Shown: in pieces, positions 8,933 to 18,268 of the stretch
Numbering within the stretch: position 1 is the first letter of the stretch
Layout: each line of letters begins with the position of its first letter
Assembly: GCA_902798595.1 (NCBI GenBank)
Contig: CADBXE010000007.1
Span: 1,800-65,799, forward strand
Direction of reading: 5' to 3'
DNA: 64,000 nucleotides
DNA from: an uncultured Erysipelotrichaceae bacterium
Lineage (GTDB): Bacteria; Bacillota_I; Bacilli_A; RFN20; CAG-826
The notes under the pieces: model-generated
Told to the model about the DNA's origin: nothing
Databases searched by the model: none
The model's input: only the letters and a program-made list of their open reading frames with translations
Made by a program: the position numbers and the translations under genes

Positions 8933-10588
8933 TCATAACAGTCCACGTTTTTTATCTTCTTCCTCTTGCAGCACTCTAAAGTTGACTTTACCGAGCATTG
9001 TTAAAGGTAGTTCATCCCTAAATTCGATTTCAGTTGGAACTGACCATCTAATGAGATATTTACGACATGTCTCTAAAATCTTTTCTTTCATTGCGGTTTC
9101 ATCAAACACTTTGGCCACAACAAAGACCTTTAGTGAATTTTGTAATTTTTCGTCAGGAATACGGATAGCCGCACAAGCAGTAACTTCTGGCATGGTTTCA
9201 ATTAGTTGTTCCACTTCACTTGGGAAGACCGCGACACCAGAGACTTTCACCACTCTCTTTTTGCGTTGCTTAAAGAAGATGAAATCATCTTCATCCATAT
9301 AACCAAGGTCACCTGTATATAGATAACCATCTTTTAAGCAGTTTTTGGTGGCTTCTTCATCTTGATAATATCCAAGCATGATTGCTCCGCTTTTAATGAT
9401 AATTTCACCTAATTCACCACGTGGCACTTCATTGCCTTTTTCATCCACTACTTTAAATGTAGCTTCAGGCATAGCCTTGCCTAAGGAACCTTTGCGATTA
9501 GCGTCGAATGTATTAACGCAGTTAACAGCGATAGCTTCAGTTAAGCCATATCCTTGGAATAAACGACATTTTGAGCCTGCTTGTTCCATCGTTTTATTAA
9601 ATCTATCTTCTAGATCCGCTGGCATTGAATCACCACCACAGAAGCAGCAATGTAAATACTTTAGGTTCTTAGAATTAACAAATTTTGGCTCTTGGAGTAA
9701 TTTTTCATAGATCGTTGGTACACCACACATACATGTGAGTTTTGTGGCGTTCATGGCTTTCACCACTTTATCTGCTTTAAATTTAGGGACTAAGATAGAA
9801 GAGAAGCCATTAGCTAACGGAGCGTGCATGGTCATGCATAAACCAAAGCCATGGAAACTTGGTAATACGCTAAGCATCTTGTGACCTTTCATTTCTTCAG
9901 GCTTAACCGCTAAGAAGGAATGAGCGTATTGAGAAATAAAGTTAAAAGCATAATCACTTAAACAAATGGTTTTCGGCTTACCAGTTGTGGAACCACTGTG
10001 TAAAAGAACGGAACATCTACTCTTATCCATTTTGGCAACAGGAACTTCTTTGCCTGTTGGTTTTAATTGATAGGTATATTTAAAACCGTCGAACTTAAAT
10101 CTTGGTGGTAATTTACCTAATTTTTTACGAATTCTAAAGTTCATGAAATTGTGATAAATGAACTTGGAGAATAAAGGCAAATCGTCTTCAATGCGTGTAA
10201 CGTATACCTGATCAGCGATTTCACGATATTGTTTGACTTCTTTAGCAATTCTTTGTTCAAATAGGAAAGCTACCTTGGTATTTGTCTTATCCATGATTTG
10301 TTTCACTTGGTTAAATGGAGTGAATGGGTGGATAAGATTACTTGTTGCCCCGATCTTATTAATCGCGTAGAAAAGAACAATAGTTTCTGGGATATTTGGT
10401 TGAGCGATTACTATGACGTCTTTTTCTCTCACACCAAGACGGTGATATAAAATATCCGCAGTCATATCGACACGTTTGAGAAGTGTTTTAAAGGAAATTC
10501 TTTTTCCTTCGTAATAAATGGCAAGTTCATGAGGTGACTTAAGAGCCGCCTCTTTTAATGCCTCGTACATTGTATATTCTGTCATCAT
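8933..10588 (-). CDS. AMP-dependent synthetase/ligase (acyl-CoA synthetase-like)
   Basis: AMP-binding motifs LHSGSTTGKPK, GYGLTE and YTGDLGYMDEDDF. The 5' end is trimmed so that it abuts the upstream gene stop at 10585; the exact start is uncertain (10588 or 10570). Confidence 0.85.
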   Translation of the reverse strand: MMTEYTMYEALKEAALKSPHELAIYYEGKRISFKTLLKRVDMTADILYHRLGVREKDVIVIAQPNIPETIVLFYAINKIGATSNLIHPFTPFNQVKQIMDKTNTKVAFLFEQRIAKEVKQYREIADQVYVTRIEDDLPLFSKFIYHNFMNFRIRKKLGKLPPRFKFDGFKYTYQLKPTGKEVPVAKMDKSRCSVLLHSGSTTGKPKTICLSDYAFNFISQYAHSFLAVKPEEMKGHKMLSVLPSFHGFGLCMTMHAPLANGFSSILVPKFKADKVVKAMNATKLTCMCGVPTIYEKLLQEPKFVNSKNLKYLHCCFCGGDSMPADLEDRFNKTMEQAGSKCRLFQGYGLTEAIAVNCVNTFDANRKGSLGKAMPEATFKVVDEKGNEVPRGELGEIIIKSGAIMLGYYQDEEATKNCLKDGYLYTGDLGYMDEDDFIFFKQRKKRVVKVSGVAVFPSEVEQLIETMPEVTACAAIRIPDEKLQNSLKVFVVAKVFDETAMKEKILETCRKYLIRWSVPTEIEFRDELPLTMLGKVNFRVLQEEEDKKRGLL

Positions 10589-11400
10589 TTGATAAATAAC
10601 CCCACTAATGAAAAGATACCAATCAGCACAATGAAGTGACTGATGTATATAATTAACGAATGACGACCAACAAAACAAATTGGTCTTTCGAATTCATGAC
10701 GTTTGAAGTAGCTTTTTCTTTCAACACTATAAGTGAATTTAGAAAGAAGAGCTCCACCAAAGAAGAAACCAAGGTATGGAAATAATGGCATATGGTCTGC
10801 AAAAACATACTTAGCGCGGTTTGGTTCCCATAAAGGTGGAACATAAACATTCTTACCCCACTCTGTATTGCTAAGAATGACACAAATTGGATGAATTAAT
10901 AAACCTGCGATAGCAATAGCCATCAACCATTTCCAGCTCTTCTTTTGGAAAAAACAATAGATAAATGTCGACCAGGCAAGGACACCGATAATATTAAAAT
11001 CAACTTTGAAACTATTAACACCGAATTGCCAGTCAAATGTAATTCTGCAATATTCCAGAATATTGGAACCAATAAGGATAATGGCCCACAGAGCTAGCAT
11101 TTGGCCTGCCCTCTTCCAGTTATTTTTGGAGAAAGCACAAGAAATACCACTGACAAAGCAGAAACCAATTAAGCATAACCAACGCACACCGGTTCTTACT
11201 GGGTTAGTCCAGTAGAAATGAGCGATTTGATAAATTGTATAGAATGGCTGGGTATGAGCGTCTCCCGCCCAACTACCGTTGTATGTCATTAAAAGGTTGA
11301 AAAGATGATCTAGGACCACTAAAACCATAAGAAGTCCGCGAAGGAAATCAATCTCATGGATGCGCTTTTCAAATGCACTTAATTTAACTTGTTCTTCCAT
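10585..11400 (-). CDS. DUF1624/HGSNAT-like membrane acyltransferase
   Basis: N-terminal RIHEIDFLRGLLMVLVVLDH motif followed by multiple TM segments. Confidence 0.55.
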   Translation of the reverse strand: MEEQVKLSAFEKRIHEIDFLRGLLMVLVVLDHLFNLLMTYNGSWAGDAHTQPFYTIYQIAHFYWTNPVRTGVRWLCLIGFCFVSGISCAFSKNNWKRAGQMLALWAIILIGSNILEYCRITFDWQFGVNSFKVDFNIIGVLAWSTFIYCFFQKKSWKWLMAIAIAGLLIHPICVILSNTEWGKNVYVPPLWEPNRAKYVFADHMPLFPYLGFFFGGALLSKFTYSVERKSYFKRHEFERPICFVGRHSLIIYISHFIVLIGIFSLVGLFIK

Positions 11401-11464
11401 AACAGTGAAATTAGTGTACCACAGGGTATACTAAAAAGCATTTTATTTTATGTGTAAGTATTGA

Positions 11465-12367
11465 CTATTTGCCTAAGATGTAATGAGCCCAGTCTTCATA
11501 GACCTTGAGATAATCATCTTCGTTATGAATCTCATGACGCATATGAGGATAGAGTTTTAAGCTGACATTATTAATTCCTAATTTTTTATAGGTGGATTCT
11601 AACCATTTTACACCTTTACCATTTTGACCAACCGGATCGTCTTCACCAGAAGTGATGTAGATAATTTCATTTTTATCCACTTTCTTCATGTTTTTCTTTT
11701 TCCAGATTTGGGCCATGCCCTTTAAGAATTCTCTCCAGAAACCACCAGTATTCATATGACCGAGATATGGGTCAGCAACATAGGCATCCACATTAGCGGT
11801 GTTGTAGGATAACCAATCAACGCCTGTTCTCGGGTTTTTAATTTGTTTATTGTATGGTCCTAAACCAAGGTTAGTGAAGAACTTATTTGGTTTATCCCAA
11901 TTAGATTTATGGATAAGTAGCTTTGCTAAGAAAGCAGCAATAGACATTAAACCACCTTGACCACCATTACTGCCAATAATAAGCGTTTTATCTGCGGCCA
12001 ATGGATATTTCTCCAAGCGTGCTTGTGTGGTAAATGAGCCCATGGAGTGACCACCTTGCACAGTTGGCAAGCCATTCTTCTTGGCTTCTTTGATTGTGAG
12101 GTATAAAGCATCAACGATATAATCAAAGGCATTCTTTGGCCATTTTTGTAAATCGTCTTCTGATGGAGCGTTGAGTCCTTGACCAAAATGATCTAAAATC
12201 CAAACGTTGATTCCTTGTTTGTTGAGATAATCCGCTAAACGGGCATATCGTGTCGCATATTCTTGCATGCCGGTAATAAACACATAATTGGCTTTGCCGT
12301 CGTTAACAAGCCACTTAGCCCCTTTAACTTTTAAGCCATTATCTAAAGCAATTTCAAAAATTTCCAT
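11465..12367 (-). CDS. Alpha/beta hydrolase (lysophospholipase/monoacylglycerol lipase-like)
   Basis: Nucleophile elbow GHSMGS. The C-terminal HEIHNE provides a catalytic His context. Confidence 0.8.
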   Translation of the reverse strand: MEIFEIALDNGLKVKGAKWLVNDGKANYVFITGMQEYATRYARLADYLNKQGINVWILDHFGQGLNAPSEDDLQKWPKNAFDYIVDALYLTIKEAKKNGLPTVQGGHSMGSFTTQARLEKYPLAADKTLIIGSNGGQGGLMSIAAFLAKLLIHKSNWDKPNKFFTNLGLGPYNKQIKNPRTGVDWLSYNTANVDAYVADPYLGHMNTGGFWREFLKGMAQIWKKKNMKKVDKNEIIYITSGEDDPVGQNGKGVKWLESTYKKLGINNVSLKLYPHMRHEIHNEDDYLKVYEDWAHYILGK

Positions 12368-12416
12368 ATTTATACCTCGATTATGTTTCTTAATTCTTTT
12401 TTAGTTTAGCATGGGC

Positions 12417-12448
12417 AAATAAAAAACTCTACAAAGTAATTGTAGAGT
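12417..12448 (-). terminator. Rho-independent terminator after the clostripain-like gene
   Basis: 9-bp stem actctacaa/ttgtagagt with a 5-nt loop, followed by a U-run on the minus strand. Confidence 0.75.
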
Positions 12449-12468
12449 CTTTATTAATTGGGTTTTGA

Positions 12469-15186
12469 TTAGGCGAAGATGCTTCTCCAAGTATTGAAGT
12501 TTGTTTCGCTTGCTGGATAGTCGCAATAAGAACCAACACAAGCATGTAAAGCTAAACCATACGATTTGCCAGCATCAGTGCCCACCGCGCTATAAACCAC
12601 TAATTCATTGTATGCATCCATTGCTTCAAGAATCACATCTGTATATTGAGCATAAGAACTATTAGCTTTAATCTTGTTCATGGCGTCGTAAGCATCGATT
12701 AAACCGAAACTACTAACTTCATCGAAACATTTAGCGGTCCTAAGAAGGTTCTTGAATGAAGAGAGATTGGTTTTAGCTTTGTCTTTAATAGCAGCGGCAA
12801 AAGCTTCAAACTTTTCAAGGTAATTCTCCATCTTAGATAAATCTAAGTAAGAGAGTGTTTGGTCATTATCTCCATGATAATAACAATCAATAAAGGAATC
12901 GCAGCAAGCTTTTAAAACTCTTTCAGTTGGTTCATAAGCATATAAATCATCAATCCAGCCTTCATAATCCCAACCATCACCAAGTTCAGATTCTTCGGAA
13001 CCAATCATGTAATTGAAGTATTTAGAATTGATTTCGGCAATATCTTGAACTTGCATTAAGCAAGCATCGTAGCCAATGAATTCAAGTTTATCGGTAAGAG
13101 CGTTCTTTTGGAAGACGTTCTTCATTGCACTTTCAACTTCAGAAGCTGTTAAACCATCATCGCTATAATTTTCATCGAAACAGACACCGCCAAGACCACC
13201 ACCGTGGTTCCATAAAACGAGACCAACTTTTTCTGCTGGATAGTTTTCAAGACCCCAGTTAATAAATGATTCTAAGGTATTAGGATTACCCATACTGGCT
13301 CTAGCAATCTTTTCATCTAAAACAAGTTGTCCGTTATCAGCGTGGAAACGGCAGAGTTTACTTGCATCAATTTGAGGATTGGTCCATTTCTTAGCGCCAC
13401 CCGTTTGAATAACAAGATTGATATCATCTGGTTGATTTGGAACATTGAGCATTTCAGCGATGTCTTCTGAAGCAGCACCACCGCTGTCGCCCCAGCCCCA
13501 ACCCCAGCCCCAGTCGCCACCACTTTCAAGGTCGGCGCCACAGATGTAGAACAAGATTGTCCAGGCATCACCGGCTGGTTCGTTAACTTCAAAGGTAAAT
13601 GAAGCGCTGATTTCTTCCTTGTTAGCGTTTAATGCATAAGCGGTAACTGTTGCTTCACCAGCAGAAAGAGCGTTGACTAAACCATTTTCATCTACTGTTG
13701 CAACTGTTTCGTTATTAGAAGTCCAAAGATATGGATATTGGTTAGCGTTAGCTGGTGTAAAGTCAATTTCAATTTGAGCAGTCTTGCCAACAAGAAGATT
13801 TTCTGGTCCTCTTAAAGCAAAGCTTTCAGGATAGACTGGTCTTTGTTCACCAGTGACGAATAAGTCAAAGTTGAAGACTTTACGATATGTACGGAAATTA
13901 ATAACCGCATTAGCTTTACGAGCTTTGTATGTTGTGCTTAATCTAGCAACATCCCAGCCATCTTCCTCTAATACTTTGCTATATTTAGCATCAATAGAAC
14001 CCTTGTCTGATGTTTCAGCATGGAAACCCGCGCCAAATTGTTCATCGGTAGCGGTACCGTTTTTCCATTCACCTGTGCTATATGGAACAGGAACTGGAAC
14101 CCAAACATCTTTTTCTTCAACGAATTTTTCAAAAGGTTGAATTGGGAAAGCATTAGCTTTTACGAAGACAGTAATGTTAGCACTAGCGTCTTCAAATGTT
14201 ACTTTAACTTCTTGTTCACCTGGAACCTCATCATCGAAACCTTGAGTATCATAATCTTGGATTTCAATTTGAGAATTGTCAGTATAGAAAGCAGTAACGG
14301 TTAAATCTAATTCGTCATCGAGTTCATAACCGATACCGGCTTTATTATCAATAACTTCGATCTTTACTAATTTAGCAGGGTTAACAGTAACGTTTATTTT
14401 ATATGACTCATCGTTATACTTAACGATTAATTCTTGTTCACCACTTGTGAAGTTATCATAACCATAAACTTCATATTTATCCGCTTCTAATTCTTCAGTA
14501 TGGCCGTCAGAATAGTTAGCGATAACAGTAAGATTTAATTCATCACCGATTTCATAGCCGTTTTCTGCTTGGTTGTCAGTAACAACGATATTTGTTAAGA
14601 CAACTGGTTTTGGGTTAACAGTAACGGTAATATTAGCAATTTTGTCTTGGTATGTAACCACTAAGACTTGTTGACCATCGTTTTGATTATCAAATGGAGT
14701 AACATCGTAATCAGATAATTCTTCAGTATGGCCATCAGAGTAATTAGCGGTGACTTTAATATCTAATTCGTCATCAATTTCATAACCGGTTGATGCCTTA
14801 TTATCGACAACGGTAATGTTTTCCAGAACGACAGGTCTTGGCTTAACATAGACGTTAACAACAGCAATCTTACCTTTGTAGTTAACGGTGACAGATTGAA
14901 CGCCTGAATACTCATTGTAGAATCCACTAGCCTCATAGTCTGTGACCTCTTCAGAGGAACCATCAGAGTAATTAGCTTTAACAGTAAGATTCAATGATTC
15001 GCCAATTTCGTAACTGGCTTTGTTGTTAGTGACGGAGATATCAACAAGTATTTTTTCTTGCACTTGCGATGTTTCGCCGCTGAATGATGATGAAAGCGTG
15101 CCCATGGGTAGATCACACGCGGAAAGGCTTACCATCCCGAGGAGGGAAGCAATGCCAACAATGAATGTTTTCCGAATCTTAATCAT
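12469..15186 (-). CDS. Surface lipoprotein: four Ig-like repeats + Big_2-like domain + clostripain (peptidase C11)-like domain
   Basis: Lipobox LSAC. Four repeats of about 85 aa carry ANYSDG(H/S)(T/S)EE. A Big_2-like segment follows (LWTSNNETVATVDENGLV). C11 hallmarks are present: WTILFYICGADLE, LVLWNHGGG (His) and IGYDACLM (Cys). Confidence 0.8.
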   Translation of the reverse strand: MIKIRKTFIVGIASLLGMVSLSACDLPMGTLSSSFSGETSQVQEKILVDISVTNNKASYEIGESLNLTVKANYSDGSSEEVTDYEASGFYNEYSGVQSVTVNYKGKIAVVNVYVKPRPVVLENITVVDNKASTGYEIDDELDIKVTANYSDGHTEELSDYDVTPFDNQNDGQQVLVVTYQDKIANITVTVNPKPVVLTNIVVTDNQAENGYEIGDELNLTVIANYSDGHTEELEADKYEVYGYDNFTSGEQELIVKYNDESYKINVTVNPAKLVKIEVIDNKAGIGYELDDELDLTVTAFYTDNSQIEIQDYDTQGFDDEVPGEQEVKVTFEDASANITVFVKANAFPIQPFEKFVEEKDVWVPVPVPYSTGEWKNGTATDEQFGAGFHAETSDKGSIDAKYSKVLEEDGWDVARLSTTYKARKANAVINFRTYRKVFNFDLFVTGEQRPVYPESFALRGPENLLVGKTAQIEIDFTPANANQYPYLWTSNNETVATVDENGLVNALSAGEATVTAYALNANKEEISASFTFEVNEPAGDAWTILFYICGADLESGGDWGWGWGWGDSGGAASEDIAEMLNVPNQPDDINLVIQTGGAKKWTNPQIDASKLCRFHADNGQLVLDEKIARASMGNPNTLESFINWGLENYPAEKVGLVLWNHGGGLGGVCFDENYSDDGLTASEVESAMKNVFQKNALTDKLEFIGYDACLMQVQDIAEINSKYFNYMIGSEESELGDGWDYEGWIDDLYAYEPTERVLKACCDSFIDCYYHGDNDQTLSYLDLSKMENYLEKFEAFAAAIKDKAKTNLSSFKNLLRTAKCFDEVSSFGLIDAYDAMNKIKANSSYAQYTDVILEAMDAYNELVVYSAVGTDAGKSYGLALHACVGSYCDYPASETNFNTWRSIFA
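14150..15060 (-). repeat. Four tandem, diverged coding repeats (~255 nt each) encoding Ig-like domains
   Basis: Repeated protein blocks V(L/K)xN(I/V)xVxDNxAxxGYE(I/L)(D/G)DEL(D/N)(I/L)xVxAxY(S/T)D read from the translation. Confidence 0.8.
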
Positions 15187-15388
15187 ATAAGCTCTTTTCT
15201 TTCTTTAGGATATAAATTTGCATAAAAGATATCAAAAAATCCGCATGTAAGCAAGAAAACTAGAGTTTTTTGTGTTACTAATTGCCAAATTTGTAATATA
15301 TGGGTGCGTATGTGCATGCAATTGCCCATGATAAAAAGCACGATTGTACGCTTTAATAAAACCGTGCTTATTTTTAATATTTTGGCTT

Positions 15389-17038
15389 TTACGCTTTCAA
15401 GACATCGATACTGTCAAAGAGCTTTACCTCATCATTAAGAGCGGTATAGACGTCATAATTGAGCGTTGTTTCGGTGAGGTTTAAGACACCAAACATTGGT
15501 GCATTAACGTTACCTGTAGCTAAGTCGCCCTTATGGTAATCTTGAGCAGATGTATAACTACCAGTTTTGTAAGATTCGTACTGGTTATCATACTTGATAG
15601 AGCCACATTCAATTTTGTATTTGTTGGATAAGAATGTTTTACTGCTATTTAGACCTTTCCATTCTTCACCGTCTTTAACGACTTCCGCCCAGACACCATC
15701 ACTTTCATTAGCGCCGTATCTGTGACCAGCAGCGCCTGTAGTGACATAGTAAGTACCATTTGGATTCTTGTCGTATTGTCTTTCATCCTTGGTTTCAGTT
15801 TCTGGAGTTAGATTTACCACTGCATCATCATTGAATGATTGTGTATAACCAGCGGCATCCCACTTATATGGTTTGGTCTTATTGTATGTATGGTCATGGG
15901 CTTGCAAAACTAAGTCAACGTGTTTTTCAGAGAAAACAGGTGTGAATTTTTCCACAATCTTTTGGTTTTCACTCTTGTTAGAATGGTCGCCTGAAGAATA
16001 TGGAGAAATATGCATCATCACAATCTTCCATTTAGCGTTATTAGCTTTATCTAAGTCATCTTTTAGCCAGTTGATTTGTGTGTCATCAACGGTGTTAGTA
16101 TTTAAAACCACAAAGTGGGCGTAATCATAGTCATATGAGTAATAACAGCCATCTTCGTTATAACCAGCATAGTTAATGTCGCCTGTTAAGTAGTTAGCGT
16201 ACGCCACGCTTGGTTCGTGGTTACCACTACTGGCCATGTATGGAATATCAAACTTGTAATCAGCAATGATATCAATGGCTTTTGTGTGTCTTAACATTCT
16301 AGCAGGCGTACCATCCTTGCCACTGGAATTATTTTGGTCAAATTGGTCACCGTTATACAAAGCCATATCCAAGCCTTTTCCAGCCTTTTCGACAGATTTA
16401 ACAAAGGTGTTTCTCCAAACATTAAGTTTGGAATTGTCCTTGGTTTGCGCATCACTCATGTGGACTGCAGTAATGTTTTTAGCCGCTTCTTTTTCCACGA
16501 TGAAAGCGCCATAATTCCAACCTTGTTCACTACCAACTTTATAACTATAAGCTTTACCTTTTTCTAAGTTTTCGACGTGCACCTTATGGGAGTATAAATT
16601 GAGTTCAGTATCGTTACTACCGCTACCCTTTTTACTTGGGATAGAACCATCCTTAGCGGTAAATGTACCATCTTTCTTAATTTGGATTTCTAAAGATGTG
16701 CCTTCCACCATGGTGGCATTAGTCCAATCAGCTTGTTCGCCTTTATCGGACTGTACTAAGTATAGTTTTGTGTCTTGTGCGGTTAAATCGGTTAACCAAG
16801 CAAAACCACGAGAATAGATATCTTTGTAATAGGTCATATTGAAGCATGCAGGTGTGGCACCAATACCGTAGTTATCAAAATCAGGGGTAAAAGCCGGTCT
16901 TTCGATATTGTAATTTGGTTCATCTGGCTCTTCACTCTTTTTATCAACGCGTTGGCAAGCGGCTAACGCAGCAATGACTGCTAACGACAACAGCAAAAGA
17001 GGTTTTTTGCTTTTGAAATTAAAAATATTGTTTTTCAT
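15389..17038 (-). CDS. Lipoprotein metallophosphoesterase (purple-acid-phosphatase-like)
   Basis: Lipobox LAAC plus the motifs GDQFDQ, SSGNHE, MMHISPYSSGDH and LQAHDHTY. Confidence 0.8.
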   Translation of the reverse strand: MKNNIFNFKSKKPLLLLSLAVIAALAACQRVDKKSEEPDEPNYNIERPAFTPDFDNYGIGATPACFNMTYYKDIYSRGFAWLTDLTAQDTKLYLVQSDKGEQADWTNATMVEGTSLEIQIKKDGTFTAKDGSIPSKKGSGSNDTELNLYSHKVHVENLEKGKAYSYKVGSEQGWNYGAFIVEKEAAKNITAVHMSDAQTKDNSKLNVWRNTFVKSVEKAGKGLDMALYNGDQFDQNNSSGKDGTPARMLRHTKAIDIIADYKFDIPYMASSGNHEPSVAYANYLTGDINYAGYNEDGCYYSYDYDYAHFVVLNTNTVDDTQINWLKDDLDKANNAKWKIVMMHISPYSSGDHSNKSENQKIVEKFTPVFSEKHVDLVLQAHDHTYNKTKPYKWDAAGYTQSFNDDAVVNLTPETETKDERQYDKNPNGTYYVTTGAAGHRYGANESDGVWAEVVKDGEEWKGLNSSKTFLSNKYKIECGSIKYDNQYESYKTGSYTSAQDYHKGDLATGNVNAPMFGVLNLTETTLNYDVYTALNDEVKLFDSIDVLKA

Positions 17039-17121
17039 AATGGCTCCAAAATATATGTATTTATCTACACATTATTTTAAGGCTGTCTTGGAAAAATACA
17101 AAAGGAAAATAAATAAAATAT

Positions 17122-18204
17122 TTATATGCTGCGTCTTCGTTTTCCGGTCTCTTGATAATAAAGATCTTTTTCTTTGTACATCATAGAGTCTGATTCTCTT
17201 AATAATTCTTCAATAGTTTGTTCCTTTGAGACACGATAACTATAGCCGATAGCGCAACTATATTTTGTTTCAGAAACTTTCTTACGAATGCGTTCTAATA
17301 AAGCAAGAACTTCTTCTTTAGTGGTTTTACGGCAGATAATCATGAATTCGTCGCCACCAACACGATAACCTGCTTGTTTACGTCTAAGTGCACTATTGAA
17401 GCATAAAGCAAGCGTAAGCAAAGCTTCATCACCAGCAGCGTGACCAAAATTATCATTTAAGTACTTTAGACTATTCATATCAATAGACACCAAAGCGGTA
17501 ATTTCTTCAGCGTCATTTTTTAAATCAGCGTAATAAGCATGACGATTAAGCAGGCCTGTTAATGAATCCTTTTTAGTGAGCTGTAAGATGGTCAATTCGT
17601 AGTAAGCGAATAACGCAATAGAAATGGTAATGCAGAACATTGAAGCGTAATCACTACCAAAAATAAACGGTAAGATTAAACCAGAACTGATTGCTAACGC
17701 CATAAAGACAATTGGGATGATCTCAATTAAGCGCTTGTTGCTGCGCATAATTAAAATGATGATTAAGAAGGCACCGTATAGGCCAGTAACAATGTAAGGC
17801 AAATAACCCATGAAAGGCGTTCTTACTAAACTATTGCTTTTATCAATTGTAAAAATAATCCCCGTAAAAATAGAGATGACATTTAAAAGGGCTAAAACCA
17901 TCGCTGGAATAAAAATCATCCAGTTTTGTTTCTTCACTAACGCAAAAGCAATCAAGCCCATAATAAATGGTGTTGCGCTGTATCTAATCGCGGTTAATAC
18001 CGCTCTTATTTGACGATAATCTGGATTCTTAGCAATTCTAAACTCGATAAAAACCACTATCGAGAGAAGCAAAATAATGACGTTAATCATATGAAGACGT
18101 ACAATACGTTTCTTCTCCATGAAAACCGTGGAAATCAAAGAAATAGTAAAAGCGGCAGTAATTAAAATTAGAGGCCAGTTTTGCAATAAGTAGTCCTTAA
18201 ACAT
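17122..18204 (-). CDS. Membrane-bound diguanylate cyclase (GGDEF)
   Basis: An N-terminal domain of six to seven TM segments, followed by LTGLLNR...GHAAGDEAL...RVGGDEF. Confidence 0.85.
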   Translation of the reverse strand: MFKDYLLQNWPLILITAAFTISLISTVFMEKKRIVRLHMINVIILLLSIVVFIEFRIAKNPDYRQIRAVLTAIRYSATPFIMGLIAFALVKKQNWMIFIPAMVLALLNVISIFTGIIFTIDKSNSLVRTPFMGYLPYIVTGLYGAFLIIILIMRSNKRLIEIIPIVFMALAISSGLILPFIFGSDYASMFCITISIALFAYYELTILQLTKKDSLTGLLNRHAYYADLKNDAEEITALVSIDMNSLKYLNDNFGHAAGDEALLTLALCFNSALRRKQAGYRVGGDEFMIICRKTTKEEVLALLERIRKKVSETKYSCAIGYSYRVSKEQTIEELLRESDSMMYKEKDLYYQETGKRRRSI

Positions 18205-18242
18205 ATTTGATATTTAACATATCTATTATACTACGTATTGAA

Positions 18243-18267
18243 CAAAAAAACACGGGTTTAACCGTGT
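18243..18267 (-). terminator. Rho-independent terminator after the upstream GGDEF gene
   Basis: Stem acacgg/ccgtgt followed by a run of seven U on the minus strand. Confidence 0.7.
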
Positions 18268-18268
18268 C

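Noticed and set aside
14150-15060. Regular ~255-nt DNA periodicity that might suggest a CRISPR or satellite array.
   Set aside because: The repeats are long, diverged and in frame within one ORF. They encode Ig-like domains, and there are no short identical repeats with unique spacers anywhere in the window.
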